This document shows, in pieces, positions 35,501 to 49,865 of a DNA stretch of 64,000 nt. Both the position numbers and the translations under genes were made by a program. Source of the stretch: Bilabrum cf. latius (Eukaryota); the NCBI GenBank assembly GCA_965178125.1, contig OZ237737.1, positions 1,116,001 to 1,180,000 on the forward strand. Direction: 5' to 3'. Every line of letters starts with the position of its first letter. Positions within the stretch are counted from its first letter, which is position 1. The notes under the pieces are model-generated. The model did no database searches. It was not told the DNA's origin and saw only the letters and a program-made list of their open reading frames with translations.

Positions 35501-38500
35501 CTGGTGACTTTGACATCGCAACGTACCCGACCGAGTCGGGCGATCGCGTGACGCTGGTGATCGACGGTGACGGCTTTGGCCGCGACTGGGCCAGCGTGGC
35601 AGCTGGCACCGAGGCCGCCGAGGTGTTCGGGCCTGCTGTGGTAGAGTTGTGCGACCTGGATGCCCAGCCGCAGAGCGCACGGGACCAGCCCGGCGTGGCA
35701 CCGTCCACGATGGAGGAGTGCCTGCCCATGCAGGTGGTGATGCACACGGATCGGCGCCTGGTGGTGCAGCTGCCTGAGGGCGCAGGCGACCAGAAGTGGG
35801 TGCGCGTGTCTGTGCAGGGCCAGAGCTCTAGCCCCGTTGATGCTGGTGCTCGGTTTGCATATGCACCACCGGTGCTGCAGGCCCTGGATCGCGCTGCTAT
35901 CCCATCTGGTATGGTGCAGCGGCTGACCCCTGGCGCACCCCCGACCCGCGTGCCAGTGAACCTCACCTTGGAGGGCCGGTCATTCGCCTCGCCCGCAGCG
36001 CTGGCGCACCTGCGTCGCATCGGAAGCCTTCAGTCGGCCATGCTGTGGTCTGAGCTGGAGGCAAGGAGGCCTGATCTGCAGGCTGGAGAGAACTCTGGGC
36101 TAGGCACTCAGCTGGCACTGGGCTCCGGTACCCTGACTGTGCTGGATGCCGAGCAGGCATACGCTGCAGGGGCGGTCGCTGTGCGAGTAGTGGGCACGGA
36201 CCAGGCCGACCCCACTCCTCGCTATGCCCGCGTGGTGTCCCACTCCCACCGCCGCGTGGTGGTGGAAGTGCCCGAGGGCGAGGGCCGCACCAACCGCGTA
36301 TGGATCACGTCCGCCGGGCTGGAATCACCCGACTCGCTGCCTCTGTCGTACCAGCCTCCCAAGGTGCTCGGCGTGTACGACGACCGCGGTGATCCGCTGG
36401 GCGCCAACCTGGGCTGCTGCGCGACCACGGGTGGATTCCGCATCCGGATCCGGGGCGAGTCGCTTGGTATGCAGAGAGCCAACGAGGCCTTGGTGCCCGG
36501 CATCTCGGGCGATGATGACGCGGGCAGCAGCCGCAGGGAGCTGCAGTCCGTCCCAGTCGCAGACACGTCGCCCGTGGCGCAGGCTCGCCGCGCGCGCTAC
36601 CTGTACCGTTTCAGGCGCCGTGTGCTGATCGCGCACAACGAGCAGCGCGATGCCACGGTGTTCGACCCCACTGACATCGATGGCGGTCGCTTCCCGGCTC
36701 GTTGGAAGGAGTGCGTGGAGGACCAGCCTGCGGGGCTGGTGCCGTCTTGGGGCCATGACGAGATCGAGTGCACGATGCCGGACGGGGTCGGCACGATGCT
36801 GGCCATCGCGGTATTCACCGGGTACGATGCCCCGCAGCGATCCAACCGGCTGCTGGATTCCGATGGATCGGTGATCGACTTTTCGTACGATCCGCCCCGC
36901 ATCGACTACATGAGCCCGTTCCCGGCGGATGCCAGCGGAGACACAGTGACATTCTACGGTGCGAACTTTGCCGATGCCACCGGCACGATCCTGGCCGCGA
37001 ATCTGTCGGTGATGGTGGGCGGGCTGAAGTGCTCCGAGGTGCGCGATGTGTCGGCCGATGCTGCTGCCAGGCAGGCCCGGGCATCGAATGGTGCCACTGC
37101 CCAGGACTCTTCTGGCAGCGGGCCCCCGCCAGGTGCCGTGGCCGCAGGTCGCGCGTTGGTGTGCGATGCGCCTCGGGACACTGTGGGACTGAAGAACATC
37201 AGCATGGACGTGGCAGCGCAGGCGGTGCAGCTGTCTGTGGACTCTGACGAGAACACGCTGGCGACTGGGTCGAGCTTCGTGTACTGGGCGAGGTGCCAGG
37301 GCGGCTCTGTGGACTGGGGCCAGTATGACCAGGCGTACTCTCTCGCGCTCCAGGAGTACGGCTTCAGCGAGGACGAGCTGCTGGGCCTTGTAGCGCAGCA
37401 GGCTGGGCAGGAGCAGGCGTTGGGTGGCGCAAACGGCAGCAGCACGACGCCTCCCCCTTCGGTCCTCAACGCGGCCCAGACCACTGCCCTGAGCATGGCC
37501 AAGGCGGCCGGCATCCAGGCTGGCGTGACCCCTGGCACCGGCTTCTACGGTCGTGCCGGCGAGCTGTGCGTGCCGTGTCCCGAGGGTGGCGCATGCTTCG
37601 AGGACCACGACTACCTGCCCGTGGCCACGGCTGGGTGGTGGCTGTACCTGGATCCCGCGAACTCGGAGCGGGGCAACATCTACTGCCCCGATGAGCGGGC
37701 ACGGTTTGGGCCTGACTATGTGTGCCATGTGGTGCTGGCGTGCGAGCCGCAGGACGCGTGCGTGGGGAACAACATGTGCGCCAGCAACTACGCCGGAGAG
37801 CGGTGCTCGCAGTGCGCCCCCAACCACTACAAGCTGGCCGGTCGGTGCGCCAAGTGCCCCCAGAACCCCGAGATCATCGTGGCGGTGTTCGTGGTGGGTG
37901 CAATCCTGGCGTGCTCGCTGGGGTACTACCTGAACAAGCGCAACCTGACGCTGTCCACTCTGATGATCGCCGTGGACTACATGCAGGTGCTGGCCATCTT
38001 CAGCACGTCTCGCATTGCCTTCCCTAACCTGCTGCGCGACCTGTTCACGATCCTGTCAGCGTTCAATCTGAACCTGGAGATCACGGCCCCCGAGTGCATG
38101 GTACCGAGCCTGAGCTTCGGTCTGAAGTGGGCGGCGCTGATGCTGCTACCCGTGGCGGCACTGGCCATTCTGATGGTGGTGCACGTGATTCTGTCTCTGA
38201 ACAAGCTGCTGCTCATGGGCCGCAAGCTGCAGGAGAGCTGCTGCACGCACATGGACAAGCTTGTGTCTGTGTTCACGACGGGCTGCTTCGTGCTGTACCT
38301 GATGCTGACTCAGAGCGTGTTTTCGATCTTCAACTGCAACCCCACGGACCCCGCCGAGCTGAACCCCGACGGCAGCGAGAAGCTGTACATGGACGACGTG
38401 TTTGAGCCTTGCTACGAGCGCGGTGGGCTGCACTTGCAGCTGCTGCCGTTCGCCATCATTGGCTTTGTGGTGTACACGGTGGGCTTCCCTCTGTTCGTGT

Positions 38501-40065
38501 CTATCCTGCTGTGGCGCAACTACCGCGTGATGCAGGAGGACCAGCTGCTGCGGGCATACGGTCTGGGCGATGACACACTGACCGGGCCCAACACGAACTT
38601 GCTGCGCAGGAGCGTGGGTCGGCTGTACTACTACTTCCAGATCAACTTCATCTACTGGAACCTGGTGATCATCGCGCGAAAGTTCTGCATCGCCGTGACC
38701 GCGCTGCTGTTCCGGCGCAACGTTGTGTTCCAGCTGGCGGTGCTTCTGCTGGTGCTGATCTGCTGCTACGCTTTGCATGTGAGGTACTTGCCGTACATGG
38801 CGGGTCAAGCCACGAAGGACAACGTGGTGAAGCAGCATCGCGTGATGGTGGAGCAGCAGCACGACGCGCTGCACAGCTTGCTGGCCAACAACATCTCCAA
38901 GGTGCTGCGAGACCAGAAGCGGCTGGAGATGCACCGCAACCTGTGGAGGCGGGCGCAGGAGGGCAAGCCGCTGGGCACGCTTGCGAGCGAGGTGGCATTC
39001 GATGCCAACACGGTGGAGGCTGTGCTGCTGTTCAGCTGCATCCTGGTGTGCCTGGCCGGCATCATCTTCGAGTCGGAGTACCTGCAGCGTCCGGGCTTCG
39101 AGGCCCAGCGCGACTCCGCTGCGATCCTGACGATGGTCATCGTGATCACGAGTCTGGTGTACCTGGCCATCGTGCTGTTCTACGAGTTCAGCAATGCGCT
39201 GTGTCCGGACGTGGCCCGCAACACGTTCAGCTGCGAGTCGGCTGAGGAGAAGGCCAAGCGCGAGAAGTCGATGCGCTTCACGGGTGACCGTGGCAAGTCC
39301 GGCGGGAAGGATGCGCCGGAAGATCTGGAGGTGGGTGCCGCGGCACAGACGAACCCGATGTTCTTGAAGGCCCAGAGGAAGGCCAAGCAGCAGGCGCAGT
39401 CGGGTGGCGAGACCGAGTTCCACGCCGAGGATGTGGAGATCGACCAAGTGCTGATGGCCTAGACGGGCGAGCACGGGTGGCCAGAGGCACTGAGCTGGCC
39501 CGTGGTGCAGGACCTGCTGAGGAGGCAGCAGGAGGCCAACGAAATGTACAAGCGGAAGGCTCGAGCCGCTGATATGAAGGGCTCCAGACGTCAGTCGTTG
39601 ATGATGGGCGGCATGGCACGCGGAGGAGCCAAGGGCGGTGAGGCTGCCTCGTCGAGTGGCAGCTTCGGCCGATCTTCTTCCGCTCGCAAGAGGCTGGCAG
39701 GTCGTAGCGGTAGAAAAGCTCAGTTCACGCCCACGCTCGGAAACCGCCCCAGTCAGCGCAACCTGGGAGACAAGTCGTCTGGTTCCGGTGCCAAGTCCGC
39801 CAAGGGCCGCAGGGCGCCTCGTAGATCCAAGGCACCCGAGGGGGGAGCCACGGAGGACAGCTCGACGCAGAACCCGATGGCAGCAGCAGCGGCAGCCTCC
39901 GGGTCTCCTTCGGGCGGCTCGGACCGTGCACAGCTGCTCGGCAGCGGCGGCATGGGTCCTCGCCGCATGTCATCGAAGCAAGGCCTGAGCCTGTCTTAGC
40001 TTGAGGAGGTGCGCACCGAGGCCGCAGCTGCTGAGGCCGAGAGTAAGGCTGCTGAGGAGAGCTGA
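26532..40065 (+). CDS. Giant host cell-surface protein (CPAGxYCP Cys-rich repeats, cadherin repeats, IPT/TIG-like repeats, Cys-rich region, multi-pass TM domain); 5' part cut off by the viral insertion
   Basis: Exon 26532-26689, GT-AG intron 26690-26825, then a single frame 26826-40065 broken only by nine TAGs; cadherin motifs DRNDPP, LDFE, DxD, DVNE. Confidence 0.85.
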
Positions 40066-40642
40066 GACATCTGAGCATGCTCTTTGTCGAGTGCAAGGGG
40101 TGGGCCAGTCGCGATGGCTAATGTCGGGAGGGGGCTTGCGGCGTTTTTTGAATCATTGCAGGCGGGGCTGTTTTCCCGCCTGTCTTTTTGCTTGCTTGCG
40201 ACCAGCGTTGCAATCCTAGGCGTGTGCATGCCCTTCTGTTTCGAGTGTCCCGGCTGTGTGGTCAGTGCATGTCATCCCCTTGTGGGGGTGCTGTAGTTGT
40301 CTGCCGGGAGCATTGAATTGAGTGGGCTTAGCCGTCTGAGACTGGATGTGCTGCGTTTCGTGTGATATGCTCGCTTGTATGCTGCTGTGGCGGCTCTGCC
40401 TCTACTGAGACAAGACGCCGGAGGCCACAGTCGCATCGCTTGCGTGTTATGTTAGGCGCTTTGACACCCAGGCCCTCTTGCGCTGGTATTGCGTGGTCGC
40501 CCGTACAATCTTTTCCACATTAGTTCAAGATTAATATATCCTCGTTCTGTGTTAACAATCCATATGGATCAATTAGGTACTACATCGTCCATCACTACTC
40601 ACAGTCGGCTGAGATAGGCCCACGCTGCAATGGGGCTCTTTC

Positions 40643-42187
40643 TCACTGCGTCATCGGCTCAGAAGCGCCGCCACTGGCCGCCTGTGCCGCTGCCGCCTCC
40701 TTCATGGCAGCCTCTCTGCGCGCCCTCTTCTGCTTCATCTCCTCCTCCTCAGCAATCACGGAAGCCAGCCTGCCGGGCGTGTATCCGTTGCCGAAGACGG
40801 CATCGGCGGAGGCCGCCGCCCCGCGCTCAGGTACCCTTCCGTCAGTGCCAAGCGATTTCTCGGATGCCCCCTTAGCCTTGGCAGCCTCTTTGTCAGCCCT
40901 GAGCCACTTCTCCACGGTGCGCAGGAGAGGGGCGCTGCTGCCAGACTTGCGGATGGCCTGGAAATCCTCGCACTCGTCGCGGGTCTGAAAGCGGTTGAGG
41001 GAGCCATCCGCGATGTAGCCGATGTGAGTGAACCACTCGGCGAGCCCGTCGAAGATGTGCGTGGCGTAGATAATAGTCACGCCCCTCTGCTCCGACTCGT
41101 CCTTGAGGAACTGGAGGAAATCCGACCTCGTGATCACGTCGAGATCCACGGTGACCTCGTCCAGCAGAAAAATCTCGACGGGCCGCAGCAGCTGCAGGAA
41201 AATCTGCACCCTCCTTCGCTGCCCATCCGAAACCTGATGCATGCGCCAGTCCATGTTCACGCCGAGGAGATCGACGAGCATCTGCTTCCTGTCCTTGAAC
41301 TGCTCCTGCAGGTCCTTCATCATGTCCTTCACGGCAATGTCGGCTTGCAGAGGGCACCCATACCCCGCAAACGCTACGGTGTGCCTGCCCCAATCGCTGG
41401 CCATGAAAGCACGGTGATGTGCCAGGCCCAGGTCATGGAAAGCGCTCCTGCCCAGCAGCTGGGCCTTGTTGCGCTCGTGCATGTGCTTTCCCGCTAGGAT
41501 CCTCAGCATTGTTGTCTTTCCTGCGACGGTGCGACTTCTTGGAGAGAACTCACGAACAGGGTGGAACACCAAAGGATAGAAAGCACACGGGGGCAGCTCA
41601 GTGTAGTCATCGCCACATCGCATACTTCTGCACAACACTTAGGAAGGGCCGCGGCAATATCAATCCTTTCAAAGAAGCTATAATTAGCAAGATTTCAACA
41701 CGAATTTGCCATGCCTCCGCGAAATAGAGCTTGTTCCCACGACTGAAAACGTCCAGTCAGCACACTAAAGCAACTCAGTCTCGGGTTCACAGGCAAACAA
41801 CGAACCTCATGATGAATCACAGCAATGGGTATGCAAGTCATAAGAATATTTCAAACTAAGCACCCGCATGCGATACTTAATATCCACACAGCACCACTTC
41901 ATTACTAAGCGCTGGTTTGGATGATAACACGAAATTTGGACGACAGTACTTGATTGAATTACATGGCGAAACCGGTAGATTAATACTCATATAACATATA
42001 ATAACTTACCAGCACCATTGTCGCCGCACAGCAACAGACGCTGCCCTCTCTTTAGCTTGAAGTCAACTCCATGAAGAATAGTCGGCAGCCTCGTGTCATA
42101 CCTGAAGTCGAGCTTGTCCATTACCACCGTGTACTCAGGCCCATCTTCCTTCTTGCTAGCATCACCTGCTCCACTTACTGCAGCCAT
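40643..42187 (-). CDS. Soluble ABC ATPase, ABC-I19/20/21 / CAF16-like
   Basis: Exons 42187-42010 and 41520-40643; GT-AG intron splits Walker A GDNGAG|KTT; VSDGQRRRVQ, LLDEVTVDLD, YATHIFDG. Confidence 0.9.
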
Positions 42188-42451
42188 TTCTTTGCTTCTG
42201 GAAGATTTATTGTGACATGAAAGTCCACGTCACACCCTCGATGATGGTTTTGTAGAGTGCTGTTTAACACCGTGAGACTGCATTATTGACCACTGCATCT
42301 ACAAAATTCTTCGATCATGGCGGCGCAAGCCTTCTACACCTCGTGCTTTCGAGAAAGCATAATTTCCAAAGTGATTGCATTTATCCGTTCGTAGTCCGTT
42401 CGTAGTCGCTTTAGTTGGGCATCATACATGAACATGTGACTCATGATGTGA

Positions 42452-42600
42452 GTTGACTAGATCCGCGAGATGGACAAGAACAGGGACAGGATGATCGCCA
42501 AGGCGGAGTTCCTGGCATGGTGGTCCGGTGACCTGAGGTCCGGGGGCGAGTGGATGTCTGCCATGCAGGCCATCGCGACTGGCGAAGACATTCCCGAGGA
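42452..42600 (+). pseudogene. Isolated EF-hand-like coding fragment
   Basis: IREMDKNRDRMIAKAEFLAWW; no coherent flanking frame. Confidence 0.4.
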
Positions 42601-43247
42601 GGGGGGGCAGAATGGGGGGCGGATCATCGAGGGGCTTCCGGTGGGGGGGTGGGGTGGATTCCCAGTCGGCGATGGCGATGGACTTCAAGGAGGCCTTCTC
42701 CGTGGATGCGCTGGCGGCCCAGCTGAAGCGGTCCGACGAGGCCCTGATCAAGGGCAAGGCGTGGAGGGAGAAGCGGGCGGGGGCGCAGCAGCAGCAGCAG
42801 CAGGCGCGCATGGAGAGGGCGGAGAAAGCGTCTGGCGAAGGAGGGGCAGTGAGCAAGAACGGCGCATCTCCGTGAGGAGGGATGTGGTGGGTTGCGCATG
42901 GTCTGGTTGCTTCCTGTGAAGCTGATGTTCCTAGTGAGCGAGGCTGCCACGCCAGGCCCAGCACCTTCAAGGTGTGAAGATGAAAACAGCCTGAACCGGA
43001 CTAGAATGGATCGATCTCACCGATTCGTTGTCAGTTTCATCGATACTGTTTCGACTGTAGTATCTCCGACTAAAGCCTTTCTAGGTACAGGGTTGGGTTG
43101 GAGCGAATCAGAACTGGCCGTCGAACAGGTACACAAGAAAAGGGCGTGCATAGTAAAGCTCGTATTCCCTGTCATTCTGTAGTCGGCAGCCACCTGGCTG
43201 GCTACGTATCAGGAGTCGATACTGGATATAATTACTGCCAGGAAGCC

Positions 43248-44987
43248 ATGGAGCAAGCAGCAGGTGCATGCTCAGGGGAGGTGATCGATCTCGTCAGCGG
43301 CGACTCAAGCGACAGCGACGCTGGTGGAAGCGATGTCAAAGTTTCCGACCGTCGCATAAGCACGATGGCTGCATCGCTATCATTGACTAGCAGTCGCTAG
43401 TGGGGCAGGCGAGAGGCAGGTGGGAAAGGTAGGGCACGAGATCGAGCCAGCGATCGAGCCAAAGCTGTTCCCACGTCCATCGTGGCGTCGGGACACTCCA
43501 GCAGCAGCGCAATGTTGCCGCAAGAAGTGCAATCTTCAATGCAGTCAACCTCAGGGGTAGATGCAAGCGGCGGCACCGATACCTCTTTGGGCCAGAAGCG
43601 AGACAGGCAGGCAGAGGCGAGGTCAGCAGCAGACAGCTATAGCGGATCGAGGGGAAAGAGACGGCGTGGGCAGGCAGGCAAAATCGGGGTAGGACATCGT
43701 TGCAACGTGTGCGGGCAGACATTCCGACAGGCAGGCGATCTCAGGACGCACATGAGGACTGTGCATCTGGGCGAGCGCAAGCACGAGTGCAGTGTGTGCG
43801 GCAAGTCATTCGGACAGGCAGGCTCACTCAGGACGCACATGAGGACTGTGCATCTGGGCGAGCGCAAGCACGAGTGCAGTGTGTGCGGCAAGTCATTCGG
43901 ACAGGCAGGCTCACTCAGGACGCACATGTCCACTGTGCATCTTGGGATGCGCAAGCACGAGTGCAGTGTGTGCGGCAAGTCATTCGGTGCGGCAAGCAAT
44001 CTCAGGAGGCACATGAGGACTGTGCATCTGGGCGAGCGCAAGCACGAGTGCAGTGTGTGCGGCAAGTCATTCGGACAGGCAGGCGATCTCAGGACGCACA
44101 TGAGGACTGTGCACCTGGGCGAGCGCAAGCACGAGTGCAGTGTGTGCGGCAAGTCATTCGGACAGGCAGGCTCACTCAGGACGCACATGAGGACTGTGCA
44201 CCTGGGCGAGCGCAAGCACGAGTGCAGTGTGTGCGGCAAGTCATTCGGACAGGCAGGCTCACTCAGGACGCACATGTCCACTGTGCATCTTGGGATGCGC
44301 AAGCACGAGTGCAGTGTGTGCGGCAAGTCATTCGGTGCGGCAAGCAATCTCAGGAGGCACATGAGGACTGTGCATCTGGGCGAGCGCAAGCACGAGTGCA
44401 GTGTGTGCGGCAAGTCATTCGGACAGGCAGGCGATCTCAGGACGCACATGAGGACTGTGCATCTGGGCGAGCGCAAGCACGAGTGCAGTGTGTGCGGGCA
44501 GACATTCGGGGAGGCAAGCAATCTCAGGAGGCACGTGAGGACTGTGCATCTGGGCGAGCGCAAGCACGAGTGCAGTGTGTGCGGCAAGTCATTCGGACAG
44601 GCAGGCTCACTCAGGACGCACATGTCCACTGTGCATCTTGGGATGCGCAAGCACGAGTGCAGTGTGTGCGGCAAGTCATTCGGACAGGCAGGCGATCTCA
44701 GGACGCACATGAGGACTGTGCATCTGGGCGAGCGCAAGCACGAGTGCAGTGTGTGCGGCAAGTCATTCGGACAGGCAGGCTCACTCAGGAGGCACATGTC
44801 CACTGTGCATCTGGGCGAGCGCAAGCACGAGTGCAGTGTGTGCGGCAAGTCATTCGGGCGGGCAGGCTCACTCAGGACGCACATGAGGACTGTGCATCTG
44901 GGCGAGCGAAAGCACGAGTGCAGTGTGTGCGGCAAGTCATTCGGGGAGGCAGGCAGTCTCAGGAGGCACGCGCGAGGTTGCCTTTGA
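43248..44987 (+). CDS. C2H2 zinc-finger array protein, 15 fingers
   Basis: 29-aa (87-bp) repeats HECSVCGKSFGxAxxLRxHMRTVHLGERK; ATG 43248 with TAG 43398 read through; start uncertain. Confidence 0.85.
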
Positions 44988-45314
44988 TTCGCTTGTATTC
45001 CGCATCGAGTGGCTCGGTGCTTGATATTGGATTGTGCACGCTGCATGAATAAAGGGTGATGCTTAGGAAGTCAGGAGCAGATATCCTGCACGCAGACTTC
45101 TTGTTCCATCATGCTCACTTAGGTACGATGCTACGTACTCATGCCTGGCAGGACCTTGACACTCGACTGCTGTTATATGTACTCGGACATCAGGATTGAA
45201 GCGACGGGGAGCAGAGGTGAGACGGAAGACGGGGCGGGCGCAGGAGGACAGGAGGTGGAGAAGAAGAAGGGGACACCGGCACAGGCGACGACAGTGCGGC
45301 GTCAACAGGGAGAA

Positions 45315-46816
45315 CACAGTCCGAGGCTCTTCGGGGACCTCATCCGCACCGCGCAGTAGAAGCCCGAGGATTCCAAGGCGAAATCCATGGGCGTCCGCAT
45401 CTCAAGCTCTCGGCAGTTCCGGGCGGTGCCGGTGCTCCTACCTACTCAGTCCGCGCTCACTGTGCGCCTGCCGGCTGGAGGAGCTTCAGGGGCTGCATCC
45501 GCGGCTGCAACGGCTGCCGCGGGCAGCGGTGCGGGCGGTGCATACCAGGCTGGGCATGGCGCGCTGGCAGGCTTCCCCCCGGCGGGGGTGCGCCCCACGA
45601 TTGACCAGTTTGAGCAGCGAGCCAAGGTAATATCGAGCAAGGAGAAGCCCAAGCAGCTGACTGCCGTGGGCTCAGACGGTCGCAGGTACCACTTCTGTGC
45701 AAGCAGGAGCTCTCGGGCGACTTGCGCAAGGACGCCCGCATGATGGAGCACTCCACGGTGGTGAACCGGCTGCTGGCGTCGGACCACGAGGCCAGCAGGC
45801 GCGCGCTCCGGCTGCGCACCTACAGCGTGATCGTGACGAGCGAGAGCACGGGGCTCATGGAGTGGGTGGAAAACTGCACGCCGTTGCGCTTCGCCGTCAA
45901 GGAGGTCTACAATGACCTGGGCGTTGACAGTCCCATGCACCTAACGCTCCGTGTCATGAATACGCTGCAGAAGAACCAGGACAACTAGAACCAGACCACT
46001 GCAGCCACGGCAAGGTTCTTCGCCTCTGAGGTGCAGCCACAGTTCCCTGCGGTGCTGCACAGTTACCATCTGAAGCGTTTCGCCGATCCGGAGCGGTGGC
46101 TTCGGGCTCGGCAGCGGTTCACACGAAGCACGGCCTGCTGGGCCATGGTGGGTCATCTGCTTGGGCTGGGCGATCGCCACGGAGACAACCTGCTAATTGA
46201 CGACACGAGCGGGGATCAGGTGCACGTGGACTTTGACTGCCTGTTTGACAAGGGACTGTCCCTGTCACGGCCCGAGGTGGTGCCCTTCCGCCTCACCGCC
46301 AACGTGCTGGATACGATGGGCCTTTGAGGGTACGAGGGAGGCATGCGCCGGTCCAGCGAGGCGTGCATGGCGGTGCTACGTGCGAACGGGAGCACGCTGC
46401 TGGGCGTGCTGGAGTCCTTTGTGTACGATCCACTGGTGGAGTGGACTCGAAGCAAGAGCAAGGGAGGGAGGCACTCTTCATCCTCGTCCTCATCTTCGTC
46501 CTCGTCGGCGGCCGCGGGTGGCGCGGTGCTGCCGACCGACGAGGTGCCCAGCACGGCGGTGGAGGGCGAGATGGAGAACATCGCCGGTGTGGCGATTGTG
46601 AGGCACATCAAGGAGAGGCTGCGGGGAGGGTACAACGTGCGGCCGCCGCACCGGGACAAGTACAACGTGAGGACGCGGAGGCACGCTGCGGACGATGGCA
46701 GACTTGTGGAAGGTCGCACCATCGGGGTGCAGGCGCAGGTACACCGGCTGATCTCCGAGGCGTCATCGGTGGAGAGTCTGGCCTAGATGTACGTTGGGTG
46801 GATGCCGTTCTTGTAA
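45315..46816 (+). pseudogene. ATR: 5'-truncated ATR-like PIKK kinase + FATC fragment, copy 1
   Basis: KEKPK...GSDG..Y, DLRKDARMME, LGLGDRHGDN, HVDFDCLF, VPFRLT, LA*MYVGWMPFL; 1-nt frameshift near 45695 and in-frame TGA at 46325. Confidence 0.8.
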
Positions 46817-47801
46817 AGTTGAGCGCTTCTGATCTGGGGTCTTGGGTCGGGGAGGAAGGCGCTGCAGTGCACTGCACTGCGCCTTCTCCCGTGGGGCCGT
46901 AGGTGCTTAAGCTGCAGTTTGGAGTGCAGACTAGGATTGCGAGGGAGTCGGGATCGGGCTGCTATCCGTTCACTCTGCCTTGATTCCGATACGAGGCATC
47001 TCGACCGCAATCGCCTAACTGCTTCCGGATTCGTGCACAGGCTGAGGGGAAGCGCGCGGCGTGTGCCTGACGGGAGGGGGGCCGTCGCAGCCGTGGCACA
47101 TGCCAAGCAAGAGAAGATCGGGAATCCGGGGCTCGAGATCTGGCGCCGCGGCGGGGGCCGGTGCGGGTGCGGGTGGAGTGGGCGGTTCCGTGGGTGATGG
47201 TGGCTCTGGGCTGGGGCAGGGGTCCGCGGCATCCACCAAGGAGGCCTTCTCCGTGGACGCGCTGGCGGCCCAGCTGAAGCGGTCCGACGAGGCCCTGATC
47301 AAGGGCAAGGCGTGGAGGGAGAAGCGGGCGGGGGCGCAGCAGCAGAAGCAGCAGCAGGCGCGCATGGAGGGGGCGGAGAAAGCGTCTGGCGAAGGAGGGG
47401 CAGTGAGCAAGAACGGCGCATCTCCGTGAGGAGGGATGTGGTGGGTTGCGCATGGTCTGGTTGCTTCCTGTGAAGCTGATGTTCCTAGTGAGCGAGGCTG
47501 CCACGCCAGGCCCAGCACCTTCAAGGTGTGAAGATGAAAACAGCCTGAACCGGACTAGAATGGATCGATCTCACCGATTCGTTGTCAGTTTCATCGATAC
47601 TGTTTCGACTGTAGTATCTCCGACTAAAGCCTTTCTAGGTACAGGGTTGGGTTGGAGCGAATCAGAACTGGCCGTCGAACAGGTACACAAGAAAAGGGCG
47701 TGCATAGTAAAGCTCGTATTCCCTGTCATTCTGTAGTCGGCAGCCACCTGGCTGGCTACGTATCAGGAGTCGATACTGGATATAATTACTGCCAGGAAGC
47801 C

Positions 47802-49538
47802 ATGGAGCAAGCAGCAGGTGCATGCTCAGGGGAGGTGATCGATCTCGTCAGCGGCGACTCAAGCGACAGCGACGCTGGTGGAAGCGATGTCAAGGTTTCC
47901 GACCGTCGCATAAGCACGATGGCTGCATCGCTATCATTGACTAGCAGTCGCTAGTGGGGCAGGCGAGAGGCAGGTGGGAAAGGTAGGGCACGAGATCGAG
48001 CCAGCGATCGAGCCAAAGCTGTTCCCACGTCCATCGTGGCGTCGGGACACTCCAGCAGCAGCGCAATGTTGCCGCAAGAAGTGCAATCTTCAATGCAGTC
48101 AACCTCAGGGGTAGATGCAAGCGGCGGCACCGATACCTCTTTGGGCCAGAAGCGAGACAGGCAGGCAGAGGCGAGGTCAGCAGACAGCTATAGCGGATCG
48201 AGGGGAAAGAGACGGCGTGGGCAGGCAGGCAAAATCGGGGTAGGACATCGTTGCAACGTGTGCGGGCAGACATTCCGACAGGCAGGCGATCTCAGGACGC
48301 ACATGAGGACTGTGCATCTGGGCGAGCGCAAGCACGAGTGCAGTGTGTGCGGCAAGTCATTCGGACAGGCAGGCTCACTCAGGACGCACATGAGGACTGT
48401 GCATCTGGGCGAGCGCAAGCACGAGTGCAGTGTGTGCGGCAAGTCATTCGGACAGGCAGGCTCACTCAGGACGCACATGTCCACTGTGCATCTTGGGATG
48501 CGCAAGCACGAGTGCAGTGTGTGCGGCAAGTCATTCGGTGCGGCAAGCAATCTCAGGAGGCACATGAGGACTGTGCATCTGGGCGAGCGCAAGCACGAGT
48601 GCAGTGTGTGCGGCAAGTCATTCGGACAGGCAGGCTCACTCAGGACGCACATGAGGACTGTGCACCTGGGCGAGCGCAAGCACGAGTGCAGTGTGTGCGG
48701 CAAGTCATTCGGACAGGCAGGCTCACTCAGGACGCACATGAGGACTGTGCACCTGGGCGAGCGCAAGCACGAGTGCAGTGTGTGCGGCAAGTCATTCGGA
48801 CAGGCAGGCTCACTCAGGACGCACATGTCCACTGTGCATCTTGGGATGCGCAAGCACGAGTGCAGTGTGTGCGGCAAGTCATTCGGTGCGGCAAGCAATC
48901 TCAGGAGGCACATGAGGACTGTGCATCTGGGCGAGCGCAAGCACGAGTGCAGTGTGTGCGGCAAGTCATTCGGACAGGCAGGCGATCTCAGGACGCACAT
49001 GAGGACTGTGCATCTGGGCGAGCGCAAGCACGAGTGCAGTGTGTGCGGGCAGACATTCGGGGAGGCAAGCAATCTCAGGAGGCACGTGAGGACTGTGCAT
49101 CTGGGCGAGCGCAAGCACGAGTGCAGTGTGTGCGGCAAGTCATTCGGACAGGCAGGCTCACTCAGGACGCACATGTCCACTGTGCATCTTGGGATGCGCA
49201 AGCACGAGTGCAGTGTGTGCGGCAAGTCATTCGGACAGGCAGGCGATCTCAGGACGCACATGAGGACTGTGCATCTGGGCGAGCGCAAGCACGAGTGCAG
49301 TGTGTGCGGCAAGTCATTCGGACAGGCAGGCTCACTCAGGAGGCACATGTCCACTGTGCATCTGGGCGAGCGCAAGCACGAGTGCAGTGTGTGCGGCAAG
49401 TCATTCGGGCGGGCAGGCTCACTCAGGACGCACATGAGGACTGTGCATCTGGGCGAGCGAAAGCACGAGTGCAGTGTGTGCGGCAAGTCATTCGGGGAGG
49501 CAGGCAGTCTCAGGAGGCACGCGCGAGGTTGCCTTTGA
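47802..49538 (+). CDS. C2H2 zinc-finger array protein, 15 fingers
   Basis: As copy 1; finger 5 is QAGS instead of QAGD. Confidence 0.85.
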
Positions 49539-49865
49539 TTCGCTTGTATTCCGCATCGAGTGGCTCGGTGCTTGATATTGGATTGTGCACGCTGCATGAA
49601 TAAAGGGTGATGCTTAGGAAATCAGGAGAAGATATCCTGCACGCAGACTTCTTGTTCCATCATGCTCACTTAGGTACGATGCTACGTACTCATGCCTGGC
49701 AGGACCTTGACACTCGACTGCTGTTATATGTACTCGGACATCAGGATTGAAGCGACGGGGAGCAGAGGTGAGACGGAAGACGGGGCGGGCGCAGGAGGAC
49801 AGGAGGTGGAGAAGAAGAAGGGGACACCGGCACAGGCGACGACAGTGCGGTGTCAACAGGGAGTA

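Noticed and set aside
27029-40096. Many long overlapping ORFs on the opposite strand and other frames
   Set aside because: Shadows of GC-rich codon usage in the giant gene; no recognisable motifs.
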